Positions 49,524-60,221 of a stretch of DNA of 64,000 bases are shown here, one piece after another. The DNA lies in IMG/VR virus record IMGVR_UViG_3300028591_000074, positions 189,528 to 253,527 of that record; one strand, 5' to 3'. The position numbers and the translations under genes are program-made. This DNA is from a virus. Taxonomy: Duplodnaviria > Caudoviricetes. The notes beneath the pieces are model-generated. The model had not been told where the DNA came from. It was given only the letters and a program-made list of their open reading frames with translations, and searched no databases. How positions within the stretch are numbered: position 1 is the stretch's first letter; each line of letters opens with the position of its first letter.

Positions 49524-49759
49524 TACTCATAATCCTCGCTTTCATCATATTCATCTTCGTAATCTTCATCTTCTTCAATACCAAGATCATCTGCAAGTTG
49601 CTCGAAATTCCTAAATCCAGTAGTTGCATACAAAATATCAAGCATAGTATCTTCTGTGTAACCATTGATATTTACAACTACTGTAATTGTTTCTTCGCTT
49701 GCAATCTCATAATCACGGAGAATGTCCCACATTTCATCTTTTGTAAGATTTTCCCACAT
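49523..49759 (-). CDS. Acidic protein
   Basis: IASEETI..ING..DILYATTG; shared acidic tail. Confidence 0.65.
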   Translation of the reverse strand: MWENLTKDEMWDILRDYEIASEETITVVVNINGYTEDTMLDILYATTGFRNFEQLADDLGIEEDEDYEDEYDESEDYE

Positions 49760-49777
49760 ATTGTTATTCCTCCAATA

Positions 49778-50278
49778 TTATACTTCTTCAAATTCTACAT
49801 TTGCATTACGAAGTTTATCCATACCAGCCTGACTGATATCAACAACTACAGAACCACTGTATGTATCAGTTTCGTCATCATAGGTTTCATCTTCATCGTT
49901 GATATAATCATAATCATCTTCAAAATCAATAATTGAATCAATCTGATCTGCAATGGATTCACTTGTTGTGAACTGTGGATTTTCAAAAAATCCTACACGA
50001 ACTTGATAATCAATGTCGAAATAACTATCGTCTTTTCCTGCTCTCTCCCACATCTGTTCTGCATCACGATATCCAAGCCACTCAGCATAAGTATCGTCAT
50101 CGAACCAGAAGAAATCATTAAGTTCAGTTTCACTCATACCATCTGGATAGGAATCTTCAAGAACGTTAAGAATTGATTCAATTTGTCCATCTGACAAATC
50201 CGCAACTCGATCTGCAGCACCAGACCAAACAAGATCACGAACGTCATTCGCAGTAGAAATTTCTCTCGTAATAATCAT
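49778..50278 (-). CDS. Acidic protein
   Basis: WSGA..YPDGMSETELNDFFWFD. Confidence 0.7.
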   Translation of the reverse strand: MIITREISTANDVRDLVWSGAADRVADLSDGQIESILNVLEDSYPDGMSETELNDFFWFDDDTYAEWLGYRDAEQMWERAGKDDSYFDIDYQVRVGFFENPQFTTSESIADQIDSIIDFEDDYDYINDEDETYDDETDTYSGSVVVDISQAGMDKLRNANVEFEEV

Positions 50279-50424
50279 TATATGTATACCTCACTTTCAA
50301 GACATCATTATCATATATAAATAATAAAGGTTATTATTTTCTAGTTCTAACCACAAATTTGACTATGCAACTGGATTTTACATGCCATTTAAAACTATTG
50401 TTTAAACTCTAACAATAGTAAAGG

Positions 50425-50883
50425 TTATCGACACATCCACTGGAACTCGTGAACCAGTAACCTCCGAACAGTATCTACATCGAAATCCGGAACTTTACCC
50501 TGCTTATTAAAATCATTCAGCATCTTGAAAATATATCTATTCGCAAGTGCAGAAATTTGATTTTTAGTTTTCTTAGAACAAAGATATGTCCGGTTCTTCC
50601 ATGTGTAAACTTTTTCACCACCTACATGTAATGATACGTGGCATTTTCCGTTCCAATCCGGATTGCTCCGGCAGATATACATATTTATAGAACATCTGTA
50701 ATGTCCATAATCCTTATAATAATTTTGACAGTACCATGGATCACCGTACTGTACATAATGAAGATCATCCACATGGTAATATCTACCTTTGTAAGAAAAC
50801 AACCGGAAATCTATTTGTTCTATATCTGATTCCTTTGCAGATGCATCATTGATGAACTGTAGAAGTAGTTTAGTTTCTTTCAT
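50425..50883 (-). CDS. Hypothetical protein
   Basis: ORF with RBS and TTGACA promoter. Confidence 0.6.
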   Translation of the reverse strand: MKETKLLLQFINDASAKESDIEQIDFRLFSYKGRYYHVDDLHYVQYGDPWYCQNYYKDYGHYRCSINMYICRSNPDWNGKCHVSLHVGGEKVYTWKNRTYLCSKKTKNQISALANRYIFKMLNDFNKQGKVPDFDVDTVRRLLVHEFQWMCR

Positions 50884-51050
50884 AGTTACCACCTTTCATA
50901 TCAACAATGTGTTCCTTATGTATGTATATTATCATATATAAGTATATATGTCAATACATTTTTGATAAATTTTATAATAAAATTATCTTATAATGCAAAT
51001 AATGGTCAGATATTTCTGACCATTATCATAGATGTTTATTGATATGTACA

Positions 51051-51587
51051 TTAACGATACTTCAGGTGCGTGTAAGCCTTGTATATTCTGTTTGCATGAA
51101 AATTTTCGCCATGTTGATACACAATAGGAGCTACAAACCCATCGGTAGCAAGTAGCGTCTGTATACATACATCATTTGTTCGTGTGTATCCTTGTTCTAT
51201 GCTAACAACGATTCTATGCATCCAATCTGTAGGAAATCTCATCTGCATCCTAGCAATATTTCTTCCAAGTTCATACATGCAGATTGGCTGATCACTACTG
51301 CTATTTGCAAAATACATCGACAGTATATCGGCTCGTTCTAACCATTGAAATTCCCACGAAATCTGAGTTGATGCTGCAGATGGATCATTGATGGGGAAAT
51401 TCTCCCTCCTTGGATTGAATAAAACAAGACTATCTAATGAACATGTTTCAGGAGATTCATCCAATTCCTGAAGTGTACTTATAACATTAGACTGCCAATC
51501 AGAACAATTTGTGATTCCTCCGGCAAGAAATACTAAGACGTCAGTTCCTTTAGCAGTGTATTTTTTAGGTGCTGTAATTATCTGCAT
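51051..51587 (-). CDS. Nucleoside 2-deoxyribosyltransferase-like protein
   Basis: VFLAGGI..WQ..FNPRR..QISWE..PICMYELG. Confidence 0.85.
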   Translation of the reverse strand: MQIITAPKKYTAKGTDVLVFLAGGITNCSDWQSNVISTLQELDESPETCSLDSLVLFNPRRENFPINDPSAASTQISWEFQWLERADILSMYFANSSSDQPICMYELGRNIARMQMRFPTDWMHRIVVSIEQGYTRTNDVCIQTLLATDGFVAPIVYQHGENFHANRIYKAYTHLKYR

Positions 51588-51702
51588 ATATCTCCTTACT
51601 TTATAATTCTAGAACAACTACTCAATCTTCATCTATAGAATCTATTATGTTGCATTGCAGCATAATCTCTTTTGCCAATTTCTTCTTCTAACATCATAAT
51701 GT

Positions 51703-52578
51703 TTACTCTTCTACGTAAACCAGCTTCTCAATATAATCTCTACCATCTCCGCTGAATATAGGGATATTCGTATCTAAAATCCAACCATTTTCAGTCTTAA
51801 TGCAACACGTTCCACGCTTCTCCGGAACAGAAAAATCATTCCAGTTAATTCCTTTCTGTTCATGCAACATTTCCTGAATATCATTGCAGTTCTTACCATG
51901 AAGTTCCTTATGAGAGAAATTCGCTTGACCTACCATCTGGATAGAGTTCCGAGTTGCATCAAGTTGTCTCCAATAGAAATAGTTTGTTACTTCTTCCTTT
52001 GGAATATTGAAACATCTGGAATCAAACATAGCATGTTTCGATACTCGATCATAAACACCACATAATTTGCAGAAATCTTCGTTTCGGTTATAGAACAATT
52101 CATGATCCTCTGTAGTCCAGTCATCAGAAGGTTTTCCAAGTTCTTCTTCCATAGCCTTTACTCTTGGTGGATACCCAATATGATTATCATCTATGAAGAA
52201 CATATGTGAAAGTAGATCAAATACAATATTAAATGACTTAGTAGCCATAGAAGCAGAAATGCTACAAATCTTCTGAACCTCATTATCAAACCATGCTTGA
52301 CTGTTCAGATCCTTATAATCTACAAGCAAAAGCGATATCTCATCGGATTGTGTATATCCTAATACACACCCTTGAATATTCTCACATAGTGACTGCATTG
52401 TTTGCTGCATAGATTTCATAAGAATATGATCAAATGGTTTCTGAAATCCACGAGTATATGAATGAAATGCTTTACCATCGATTCTGATTATTACTGGAGT
52501 TCTCCGAGTAAGTTTGTACTTTGTGATTGTTTCATAATTATTCTTCATTCTCATTCCGAGATCATCATGTATAGGCAT
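51703..52578 (-). CDS. thg1: tRNA(His) guanylyltransferase Thg1-like
   Basis: RIDGKAFH, YTQSDEISL, FDSR, WRQLDATRNS. Confidence 0.92.
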   Translation of the reverse strand: MPIHDDLGMRMKNNYETITKYKLTRRTPVIIRIDGKAFHSYTRGFQKPFDHILMKSMQQTMQSLCENIQGCVLGYTQSDEISLLLVDYKDLNSQAWFDNEVQKICSISASMATKSFNIVFDLLSHMFFIDDNHIGYPPRVKAMEEELGKPSDDWTTEDHELFYNRNEDFCKLCGVYDRVSKHAMFDSRCFNIPKEEVTNYFYWRQLDATRNSIQMVGQANFSHKELHGKNCNDIQEMLHEQKGINWNDFSVPEKRGTCCIKTENGWILDTNIPIFSGDGRDYIEKLVYVEE

Positions 52579-52626
52579 AAATATTCACCCCCTAAATTCG
52601 TTATAATTCAATACAATAAAATTACA

Positions 52627-53115
52627 TCACTCATCTATAGAATCTATGATATTACACTGAAACATTATCTCTTTAGCCCAGTTACGAATCTGCTTTACAT
52701 CAGAAGTATCGCCAGTTGGAACACATCTCTGGATAGATTTCTTGATAGCATCTGTCAGTTCGTCAATCCGTCTGTATGCAGCAATGTATGCAGATTCAAC
52801 TGTAGGTGATGCATCTTTCAGAAGTTTTTTGTGTTGTTCAGCAAAATCATTCGGCATAGAACCTACAGAGTTATCAATACAAAATATAGATACTACAATT
52901 TCACCTAATTCAAGATCAAATCGATGTGTTTCACCAAGATTTCCAGATGCATAAGTATGTAAATCACTGTACCCAGCGCAAATCCTTACAGAACCACAAT
53001 CCGAATCCACAGTGATAGAAGTAAGTGAAGTATCAGGTTGATGATAGATTTCACCCGGATTAACCTCATTACTATTTACAAAAATAGGAATATTAGTTCT
53101 ATTCAAGATTCTCAT
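52627..53115 (-). CDS. Hypothetical protein
   Basis: ORF with RBS. Confidence 0.55.
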   Translation of the reverse strand: MRILNRTNIPIFVNSNEVNPGEIYHQPDTSLTSITVDSDCGSVRICAGYSDLHTYASGNLGETHRFDLELGEIVVSIFCIDNSVGSMPNDFAEQHKKLLKDASPTVESAYIAAYRRIDELTDAIKKSIQRCVPTGDTSDVKQIRNWAKEIMFQCNIIDSIDE

Positions 53116-53127
53116 ACAATCACCACC

Positions 53128-53496
53128 TTATTGAAATTCAACATCAATGCTGAAAGAAAATGTACAATCATCGGAAACATATCCGTAATTGTCGTATTCT
53201 TCTAAGACCTCTAGTAGCTTACACTTCGAACAAGCACAATAGTTTTCATAATGATCGCACTTACTATCAACATTATCATCGGAACAATTCTTGCCCATGT
53301 GCTTGAATAATGGAAGAATGATGTCGCGATGTTCTGCAATGTGGCGAACTAAATTATCGGATTCTTCCCGTCTCAAATTCTGTAAATCATTGTATAGCCC
53401 ATCAATAGTTTCTGATATTGAATCAATCTTCTTTTCATGATCTTTCACCTTATCTTTCAATTCATTGATCTGCTTGAGAATTTCATCCTTTGTCAT
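53128..53496 (-). CDS. Coiled-coil/Cys-His protein
   Basis: ORF with RBS. Confidence 0.55.
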   Translation of the reverse strand: MTKDEILKQINELKDKVKDHEKKIDSISETIDGLYNDLQNLRREESDNLVRHIAEHRDIILPLFKHMGKNCSDDNVDSKCDHYENYCACSKCKLLEVLEEYDNYGYVSDDCTFSFSIDVEFQ

Positions 53497-53509
53497 AACC
53501 TCACCTACC

Positions 53510-54574
53510 TCAAAATATTACATCAGCATCATAATCAATTTTTGTATTTTTCAAATACTTTTCCGTGTATAATACTCCCCAATTTGCTTTCATCAGGAAT
53601 TCATCAATTCTACTATAATCTGGTTTTGGTGGAAGTACAGAATGTTCTTTTGCATGTTCCAACCTGGATTCATAATCGTGAACCATATCAAAGAATTCCT
53701 TTGTAGGCTTCCCATCTTCACCAAGATACTTACCGTTTCGAATATCCATGAGCAAATCATGTTCTTTCTCCCGGTAGGTGATGATCTTACCATCTAACAG
53801 AAGGTCTTCGCACATCATGTACAAACGAAGTAGATGCATAGAATGTTTTGCAATCTTACCATGTGCAAGTGCATGATCATTCCGCTTACTGTTCTTGTTA
53901 TATTCTCGGATAACAGTATTTATAGAATTAAGTACAGATGCAAGGTCTTCTGCCGGATAATCCTGAACACTTAAATCAAGAACAATTTTACCATCTTTCA
54001 GTTTTACCTCTACATCATGAATATTGTGCTGAGATTCTAATGTATCATGCATACCATTCAAAGTTTTTACAATATGTGCATTATATTCTTCATCAGACAT
54101 AGCAACAAGAGATTTCTGCTGCAACCGGTACATCTGCTGATTTGCATATCCCATGAAAGATCCGACACATTTATTAGATAAAAACATATTGTAGTTGTTC
54201 AAAAGATCTACACCCAAGGAATTCTTATACAAGTAGTGTTCTGGCTTCAACCCTAGCATCTCTATTACATTCGGATTACAGTTTGTAAGCAGACTAACCA
54301 CTTTCTTCAGTGAGTAAATAGTTGTATCTGTAGGTTCATTACAAACTTGTTCAAATCCTCTACCAAGTAAGATGTCAGATGAAGAATTCAATGCTACTCC
54401 TCGTATATCAACATCAGAAGTTTCAATGTTTGTTCCGTAGGCATAAGAACCTCCAAGTCCAACAAGGATAGGATCATGCAATTCCGGAGTTGTATCTAGA
54501 AATTCATACCGAGATTCATCAACAGAAATGTTTAGTTTCTTCAGAGAACTCATTACAGATTCTTTAAGTTTCAT
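53510..54574 (-). CDS. Pol-beta superfamily nucleotidyltransferase
   Basis: GGSYAYGT..SDVDIRG; NPNVIE; K..MHLLRL; IRNG. Confidence 0.85.
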   Translation of the reverse strand: MKLKESVMSSLKKLNISVDESRYEFLDTTPELHDPILVGLGGSYAYGTNIETSDVDIRGVALNSSSDILLGRGFEQVCNEPTDTTIYSLKKVVSLLTNCNPNVIEMLGLKPEHYLYKNSLGVDLLNNYNMFLSNKCVGSFMGYANQQMYRLQQKSLVAMSDEEYNAHIVKTLNGMHDTLESQHNIHDVEVKLKDGKIVLDLSVQDYPAEDLASVLNSINTVIREYNKNSKRNDHALAHGKIAKHSMHLLRLYMMCEDLLLDGKIITYREKEHDLLMDIRNGKYLGEDGKPTKEFFDMVHDYESRLEHAKEHSVLPPKPDYSRIDEFLMKANWGVLYTEKYLKNTKIDYDADVIF

Positions 54575-56789
54575 CTTTCACCCCCGTAGTCCTCATGTAC
54601 TTGTAGAACTCATTTCTCAAGTAAATGATATTTCTCGGTATCAAGTCTCTCTGCTCTCTTGTTCCTGCATCGTTGTACAACTTCTGACAGAAGGAGTAGA
54701 ACATATTAGCTTCAGGAGTAGTGAGCGATCCAGTTCTTCTGAAGTATCCAGATCTAAGAACTTCATGTGCTATACCTCGCATAAATTTCCAGAAGTTGTA
54801 GTAATGAAGCTTTATCTTCACCATCTTGCCCTCTATATCTTCTATAACGAAACCTTCAATGATTCTACCGTTGTATTCGTATCCCTCTGTAGTCACTTCG
54901 TTATACCAGTCAACAAATTCACTCCAACTTGCAAGTTCAAATGCTTTTTCTTTGGTCTTAACATTGAGTTCAGATCCGATGTTCAAAAGATTTTCATAAG
55001 AAGTCTGCTCAAATTCCATCTGGTTCTTCACAATGCTGAGTAAGAATAAATCAGACTCCGGATACTCAATAACATGAGGATCATTCTCCATATCTACGCA
55101 TTCAAAGACGAATGAAACATCCTTGTCCTTACAGATTTCTTTCATTCTATCTCTAGAAGATTCAGACATCTTAGAGAACAGCATCTGTTTGAATAGTTCA
55201 GCATAGCTTCCTGTGGGATTAGACTTTGTAGTTATGAAAAGGTCATCATTATCTGCATCGTAGGATACAATTCCAAGGAACCCGTTTTCCTTGACATAAC
55301 AAGTTACAGGGAACTTCAACGAATATTTCAACATATCGAACTTTGTTTCTGGTCGTTCATTGATATTGAAGAACTTATCATATGCCCTAGCAGCAACTTT
55401 CATACGTGACGTGTCAATATAAAGACCTCTTGCCTTTACTGTCTGCTCATCCCAAACCTTGTCATAGAAAGCATCTCGTGTGAAATTGAATGATGAAATG
55501 TTGCCGAACTGCTTCTCATTCACATGTTTGTTTGCTCGAAGAGCCAATACCACATCAGAGATGCTACTTGTATTCATCACAGTCTGTGTAGCAATTTCTT
55601 CAGGTTCTTTGAAAACATCATTCTTGATTTCAATTTCTTTGAAACCATCATGTGTCAGCTCAAGTATCCGGAGATGCCCACCGAACTCAACCGAACCTTC
55701 AAGATCATAAACTCGATCTCTAAGCTTCATAGGAGAAGCCTTTGTGTTTCTGTGTCCGAAAATCTGGTACGTAGAATCGGAAGTAGTTCTCATCCACGAA
55801 TCAGCTACAATTTCATAATCATTGTAGTTGCCTACACCCTTGATCATCTGCTCTGTTGACATGAAGCTCAAGTTATCCGGAAGTGCTGCAATACCTGCAT
55901 GGGATACAAATATATCCTTATCGTCAAACTTGTACCATGCACACTGCCCCAACTTGCGATACAACTGCCGAATTGCTTTTACATCAACATGTGCTTCTTC
56001 AAGCTGCTTCCTGGTAACAAGTTCAAATTCTTTAGACTTTCCTACTCCGCCATGTGCATAGATCCAAAGCCATCTTTCGTGGTTACCTTCAAGAACAAGT
56101 ACATTTTTCTTGTTAATGATCTGTGTGAACCAATTCACAACTTCAACATTCTCAATTCCTCGATCAATCAAATCGCCTACGAAGATGTACATTGTGTTGT
56201 CATCAAGTCCATCTTTAAAATACTCCATGAGTGCAGTATAACAACCATGAATATCTCCGACGTGCACAACCTTATCATAACCGGAGAAATCAACCTGACG
56301 CATCCAAATAGTGCTAAGATCCTCCGGCTTGATTACCTTTACACCGGAAGGAATCTTCTGAGTAGCGAATCTTGAATACATCTTGTCAATGGCAGATTCT
56401 GGAACCTGCTTGAGTATAGGTCTGGATGCGTTTCTTCGTTTGCATTCATCAATAGGAAGATCCGTCATGTCAATGCAGAAGATGCGATAGCGATATGTAT
56501 CGCACATCTCCTTATAACGATTTATTTCAGATGTCTTAGAATTTGTTGCATCAATGACGGTGAACTCACCATTACGCATGCGAATTTCAAGAAGTTTAAA
56601 AAGCATATTCCAAACATCCTTTTCATTCTTCTGACTAATCTCTACTCTACCATCTGCTGTCTGCTGTGCAGACTGGCATTGGAGTCGAATTTCATCGGCT
56701 GAAAGTGCGTAAGGACGCAATCCATTCTGATCAATGAATGTTGACTTTCCACAACCAGGTGCTCCTCTAAATAACAAAAGTATTCTCAT
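54564..56789 (-). CDS. Polynucleotide kinase-metallophosphatase-RNA ligase
   Basis: GAPGCGKS P-loop, DATN; GDIHG/GDLIDRG/GNHE; KARG..KFFN..KENG..EGFV..KIK. Confidence 0.9.
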   Translation of the reverse strand: MRILLLFRGAPGCGKSTFIDQNGLRPYALSADEIRLQCQSAQQTADGRVEISQKNEKDVWNMLFKLLEIRMRNGEFTVIDATNSKTSEINRYKEMCDTYRYRIFCIDMTDLPIDECKRRNASRPILKQVPESAIDKMYSRFATQKIPSGVKVIKPEDLSTIWMRQVDFSGYDKVVHVGDIHGCYTALMEYFKDGLDDNTMYIFVGDLIDRGIENVEVVNWFTQIINKKNVLVLEGNHERWLWIYAHGGVGKSKEFELVTRKQLEEAHVDVKAIRQLYRKLGQCAWYKFDDKDIFVSHAGIAALPDNLSFMSTEQMIKGVGNYNDYEIVADSWMRTTSDSTYQIFGHRNTKASPMKLRDRVYDLEGSVEFGGHLRILELTHDGFKEIEIKNDVFKEPEEIATQTVMNTSSISDVVLALRANKHVNEKQFGNISSFNFTRDAFYDKVWDEQTVKARGLYIDTSRMKVAARAYDKFFNINERPETKFDMLKYSLKFPVTCYVKENGFLGIVSYDADNDDLFITTKSNPTGSYAELFKQMLFSKMSESSRDRMKEICKDKDVSFVFECVDMENDPHVIEYPESDLFLLSIVKNQMEFEQTSYENLLNIGSELNVKTKEKAFELASWSEFVDWYNEVTTEGYEYNGRIIEGFVIEDIEGKMVKIKLHYYNFWKFMRGIAHEVLRSGYFRRTGSLTTPEANMFYSFCQKLYNDAGTREQRDLIPRNIIYLRNEFYKYMRTTGVKDET

Positions 56790-56957
56790 ACTACTGACCT
56801 CCATCTGAAATATACTGTCTACCACTACGCATATGTTATCATATTATAAGATAATTGTCAACATATATTTGATAAGTTTCATAATAGATTTATCATAATA
56901 AAAATAATGGTCATATAAATAACACTTATACTTATATATGCTATAACGATTTGATAA

Positions 56958-56991
56958 ATTAAAAATCCGGCACAGGCGATTCTGTGCCGGA
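56958..56991 (-). terminator. Rho-independent terminator
   Basis: TCCGGCACAG..CTGTGCCGGA plus T-run. Confidence 0.65.
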
Positions 56992-57074
56992 CATATTAAG
57001 TTAGTATATCTCAAATACCACAATGGTATTGGATATCAAATTATACTTAACGCAAATTTCACATAAGATCAATT

Positions 57075-57392
57075 CTAATCTTCATAATCCTCATTATATT
57101 CGGGACTATTGCGCCAATCAACTATTTCATCAATATCCTCCCTATTGTACGAACGGATATATTTCTTTTTGATCTTTATTTCTTCAACGCTTCTACAGTC
57201 ATGCTCTTTTGCATACTTCAATGCTTCATACAAAGCATCTTCATAGTCAGAACCATCAAATAGTGCCACATAATAACCTGCTTTATCTACCACAATATAA
57301 TTTATTGTATCATAATCATCCATATGGAATGAGTAATCTGTAACTAAATCTTCTTCAAGATCAGACAAATTGGCTTTTACATACTTCTTCAT
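57075..57392 (-). CDS. MKKYVKA-leader protein
   Basis: AAAGGAG RBS plus leader. Confidence 0.7.
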   Translation of the reverse strand: MKKYVKANLSDLEEDLVTDYSFHMDDYDTINYIVVDKAGYYVALFDGSDYEDALYEALKYAKEHDCRSVEEIKIKKKYIRSYNREDIDEIVDWRNSPEYNEDYED

Positions 57393-57439
57393 TTCGTATC
57401 TTTCTCCTTTCATCTGCACAACATACCAATCATTAAATC

Positions 57440-57704
57440 TTATATTAGTTCATCTGGTAGTTCCTCTACTTCAAATTCTACACTATCAAACATAGTTTTA
57501 CGACCAAGGTCATCCATTGTATCAAGGAAAAGATCATATGCAGAAATAGTTGCATCTTTTGGCGTATATGCGACTACACCATATTCATAATCAACAACCA
57601 TTCTGACACGAAATTTTTTTTTCACCAGCATCACCATACTTAGCACTGTTCTGCTCATAAAGTCTATCAACCTGATCGTAATTTAAATTTGAAAAATATT
57701 GCAT
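57440..57704 (-). pseudogene. Small protein frameshifted at an A9 tract (57614-57622)
   Basis: AAGGAG + MQYFSN..GE[A9]FRVRMVV; A8 restores the frame. Confidence 0.55.
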
Positions 57705-57786
57705 AATTTTATTCTCCTTTATATTTTATATTTTTCTAATAATTATATTCCATAATAATATTCAGGAAGTATCATCAATACTCATC

Positions 57787-57927
57787 TCATTTCTTCTTCT
57801 CTTTCCATCCACTTAGACGGATTGCTGCACCTTGTTTCTGTGCTTTCTTCTTAGCGTCTTTACCATAGTATACTTTCCCGGTCTTACCCCATTGATATCC
57901 ACCGGATTTTGTTTTGTGTACTGGCAT
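57787..57927 (-). CDS. Small basic phage protein
   Basis: Manual: MPVHKTKSGGYQWGKTGKVY..KAQKQGAAI; GAGG RBS. Confidence 0.7.
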   Translation of the reverse strand: MPVHKTKSGGYQWGKTGKVYYGKDAKKKAQKQGAAIRLSGWKEKKK

Positions 57928-58013
57928 AATTGTTTACCTCATATGCATTATTATCAATCCAACAAATATTTGGGTACGCAGAAAATCTATCGGCTCAAAA
58001 TTAATCTCTGTGT

Positions 58014-58544
58014 TCATAGAAGCATCATATTATATTTTTTATCAATGTAATCATCTACATATCTATTTGATTCAGTATTACCAAGTGAAAATTCAACAAG
58101 TTCACCATCTAAATTTATTACACATTTCTTTGTACGTCTATCGTACGACTCTAATGGCATATCTCTGTAATATAAGTTGTCCTCACCATCTAAATTTCCG
58201 TGATCAGTATAAATAAGTGCGTAATCCCCCTCAATATCAGCTACTGCATATGGTGTATCAATGGTCCTTAATTCGTCTATCGTAACTATTGTTTGTGTGG
58301 AATACCAATCGAACCACCCATCCATAGGATTTTCACCCCGTGAAATATCATCTAAATATTCATCCATAATCTTCTGATCGAAAAAGCTATCAAAATTAGA
58401 TGTCAAATATCTTCTAACCAATTCCATTTCATCTGGTGTAATCTTTCTGCCAAAACTTTCTCTCCAAGTTTCAGACACACATCTAATCATAGCATCAATA
58501 AAATATTGTTCTTGACTACTTGCACATTTAATATACTTTTTCAT
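58014..58544 (-). CDS. MKKYIKC-leader protein
   Basis: Leader. Confidence 0.7.
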   Translation of the reverse strand: MKKYIKCASSQEQYFIDAMIRCVSETWRESFGRKITPDEMELVRRYLTSNFDSFFDQKIMDEYLDDISRGENPMDGWFDWYSTQTIVTIDELRTIDTPYAVADIEGDYALIYTDHGNLDGEDNLYYRDMPLESYDRRTKKCVINLDGELVEFSLGNTESNRYVDDYIDKKYNMMLL

Positions 58545-58699
58545 AATATAAAATTCTCCTTTATAAAATATTATAGATTATAACATATCAATAACATATA
58601 ATAATTTATGACATCAATATCTTTATTGGATAGCATACCATTCTAAATAAATAGGATAACCAATCTTTTCATAAAATTTTGATAAAATAACAAACAGAT

Positions 58700-58909
58700 T
58701 CAATTACGTTTAAGTACACCCCAGTCATCAATTTCTTCAATAGGTGTAAGTTCCATCTTTTTAAAACTATGTATTTCTCTATGATCTTGCAATTTATTTA
58801 ATTGCCTGTAAGTAGCTAAAGTATATACGGGGTTTCCCGGATAATCTATGTAAACTTTATACAGACGCTCAGTATCCAAATCAGAATCAGCTTTTACATA
58901 TTTCTTCAT
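58700..58909 (-). CDS. MKKYVKA-leader protein
   Basis: Leader. Confidence 0.65.
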   Translation of the reverse strand: MKKYVKADSDLDTERLYKVYIDYPGNPVYTLATYRQLNKLQDHREIHSFKKMELTPIEEIDDWGVLKRN

Positions 58910-58969
58910 ATCTCTTCTACTCCATTACTTTTAAATACAATTTTACTACCAGTCTCATATGGTTCTATG

Positions 58970-59290
58970 CTAACTATATATATCAAAAATATAATCACCG
59001 CATTCCGGGCATCTGCCATCCTCTTCAAGCGGGGCATCACATCTTGGACAGAATGTCTGACAATCAGAATACTTTGGAAGTATGCCTGATCTATCATTAG
59101 TAATCTGTGCGTTTACAGATGTCACATAATAATGTGGATACATCTCTCTGGCTCTATACTTTGCATTGTTGCAGGCTTTTGCTTCAGTATCAGCAGTTGT
59201 TTCTATGTATGTTTCCAAGAAATCTTGATGTTCATAATCTGCGAGTCGTACAGTACATAAATAAGTTGCTGATCTTATGTATCTCTTCAT
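58970..59290 (-). CDS. MKRYIRS-leader protein with Zn ribbon
   Basis: Leader; CPRC..CPEC. Confidence 0.7.
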   Translation of the reverse strand: MKRYIRSATYLCTVRLADYEHQDFLETYIETTADTEAKACNNAKYRAREMYPHYYVTSVNAQITNDRSGILPKYSDCQTFCPRCDAPLEEDGRCPECGDYIFDIYS

Positions 59291-59299
59291 ATATCTGTT

Positions 59300-59488
59300 T
59301 TACCTCATGCTATAAAGATCATCAATGAAATCTTGTGCTTCTTCTATCGAATCAAAATATACTTGCTTTCCATTATGAATTATGTAATAGCAATCCGGTC
59401 TATGCGTAAAATTACATCGTATTTCATATCCACGATATTAGATGTATGCTGGATTGTCATTATCAGTAACCTTTATATATCTCTTCAT
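59300..59488 (-). pseudogene. MKRYIKV-leader gene with internal TAA
   Basis: MKRYIKVTDNDNPAYI*YRGYEI..FDSIEEAQDFID. Confidence 0.6.
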
Positions 59489-59496
59489 AAAACACC

Positions 59497-59832
59497 TCAT
59501 TCAAAGTTTATCCTAAATTTTACGTAGAACACATCGTCTAAGCAATCATTTTCTGCATCTACCATATAGATGTCTTTCAGATCCGGAATATACTTCACAC
59601 AATCGTCTACAAAATCTGATAAATCTTGGAAGTAATCTTCCCAATCACCTCGGCCATTTAATCCACCACATATTAAAAATTCAACGAAATCTTCTCCGTA
59701 CTGCTCTATATCTGCAAGAGATAGATTAGTATCAGAATAATCTCTGATATTTAGAATTTCAACAATAATGTCGAAGAATTCATCTCTATCAAATAATTTA
59801 TTTTCTTCAGAACAACGAATATACTTCTTCAT
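59497..59832 (-). CDS. MKKYIRC-leader protein
   Basis: Leader; acidic body. Confidence 0.7.
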   Translation of the reverse strand: MKKYIRCSEENKLFDRDEFFDIIVEILNIRDYSDTNLSLADIEQYGEDFVEFLICGGLNGRGDWEDYFQDLSDFVDDCVKYIPDLKDIYMVDAENDCLDDVFYVKFRINFE

Positions 59833-59897
59833 AAATTACTACCATCCGCTATATAATTTTACGAAGGTCAGAATCAAACTGATTCAATAAATAAGTC

Positions 59898-60191
59898 TTA
59901 ATATCGAATATAATAATTGATAACATCAATATCTTTCTTTGGTAACATGTCATTTTCTAAAAGATAAGATAACCATTCTTTTTCAGCAAAAGTAAGACGG
60001 ACAATCCCAGTGAAATTATCAGATTTATTGTAAGCTCTTAATGCTTTCTGACAAATTCTCTGTCCGGGTCCATATTCATATTGTTCGGTGATAACTATAA
60101 GTCTATTCAGACGATCCATTCGTTTTGCAATTTCATCTCTACTCAAATTACTTGTAGTTGTATGACCATCTGAAAAGGTGTATTTATACAT
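59898..60191 (-). CDS. Hypothetical protein
   Basis: ORF within the cluster. Confidence 0.55.
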   Translation of the reverse strand: MYKYTFSDGHTTTSNLSRDEIAKRMDRLNRLIVITEQYEYGPGQRICQKALRAYNKSDNFTGIVRLTFAEKEWLSYLLENDMLPKKDIDVINYYIRY

Positions 60192-60221
60192 AACCGTAAG
60201 CTCCCAATATAATATCAACTA

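Noticed and set aside
50340-50375. GTTGCATAGTCAAAT resembling the 5' end of tRNA-Glu
   Set aside because: No anticodon arm or T-arm can be folded; too short to call.
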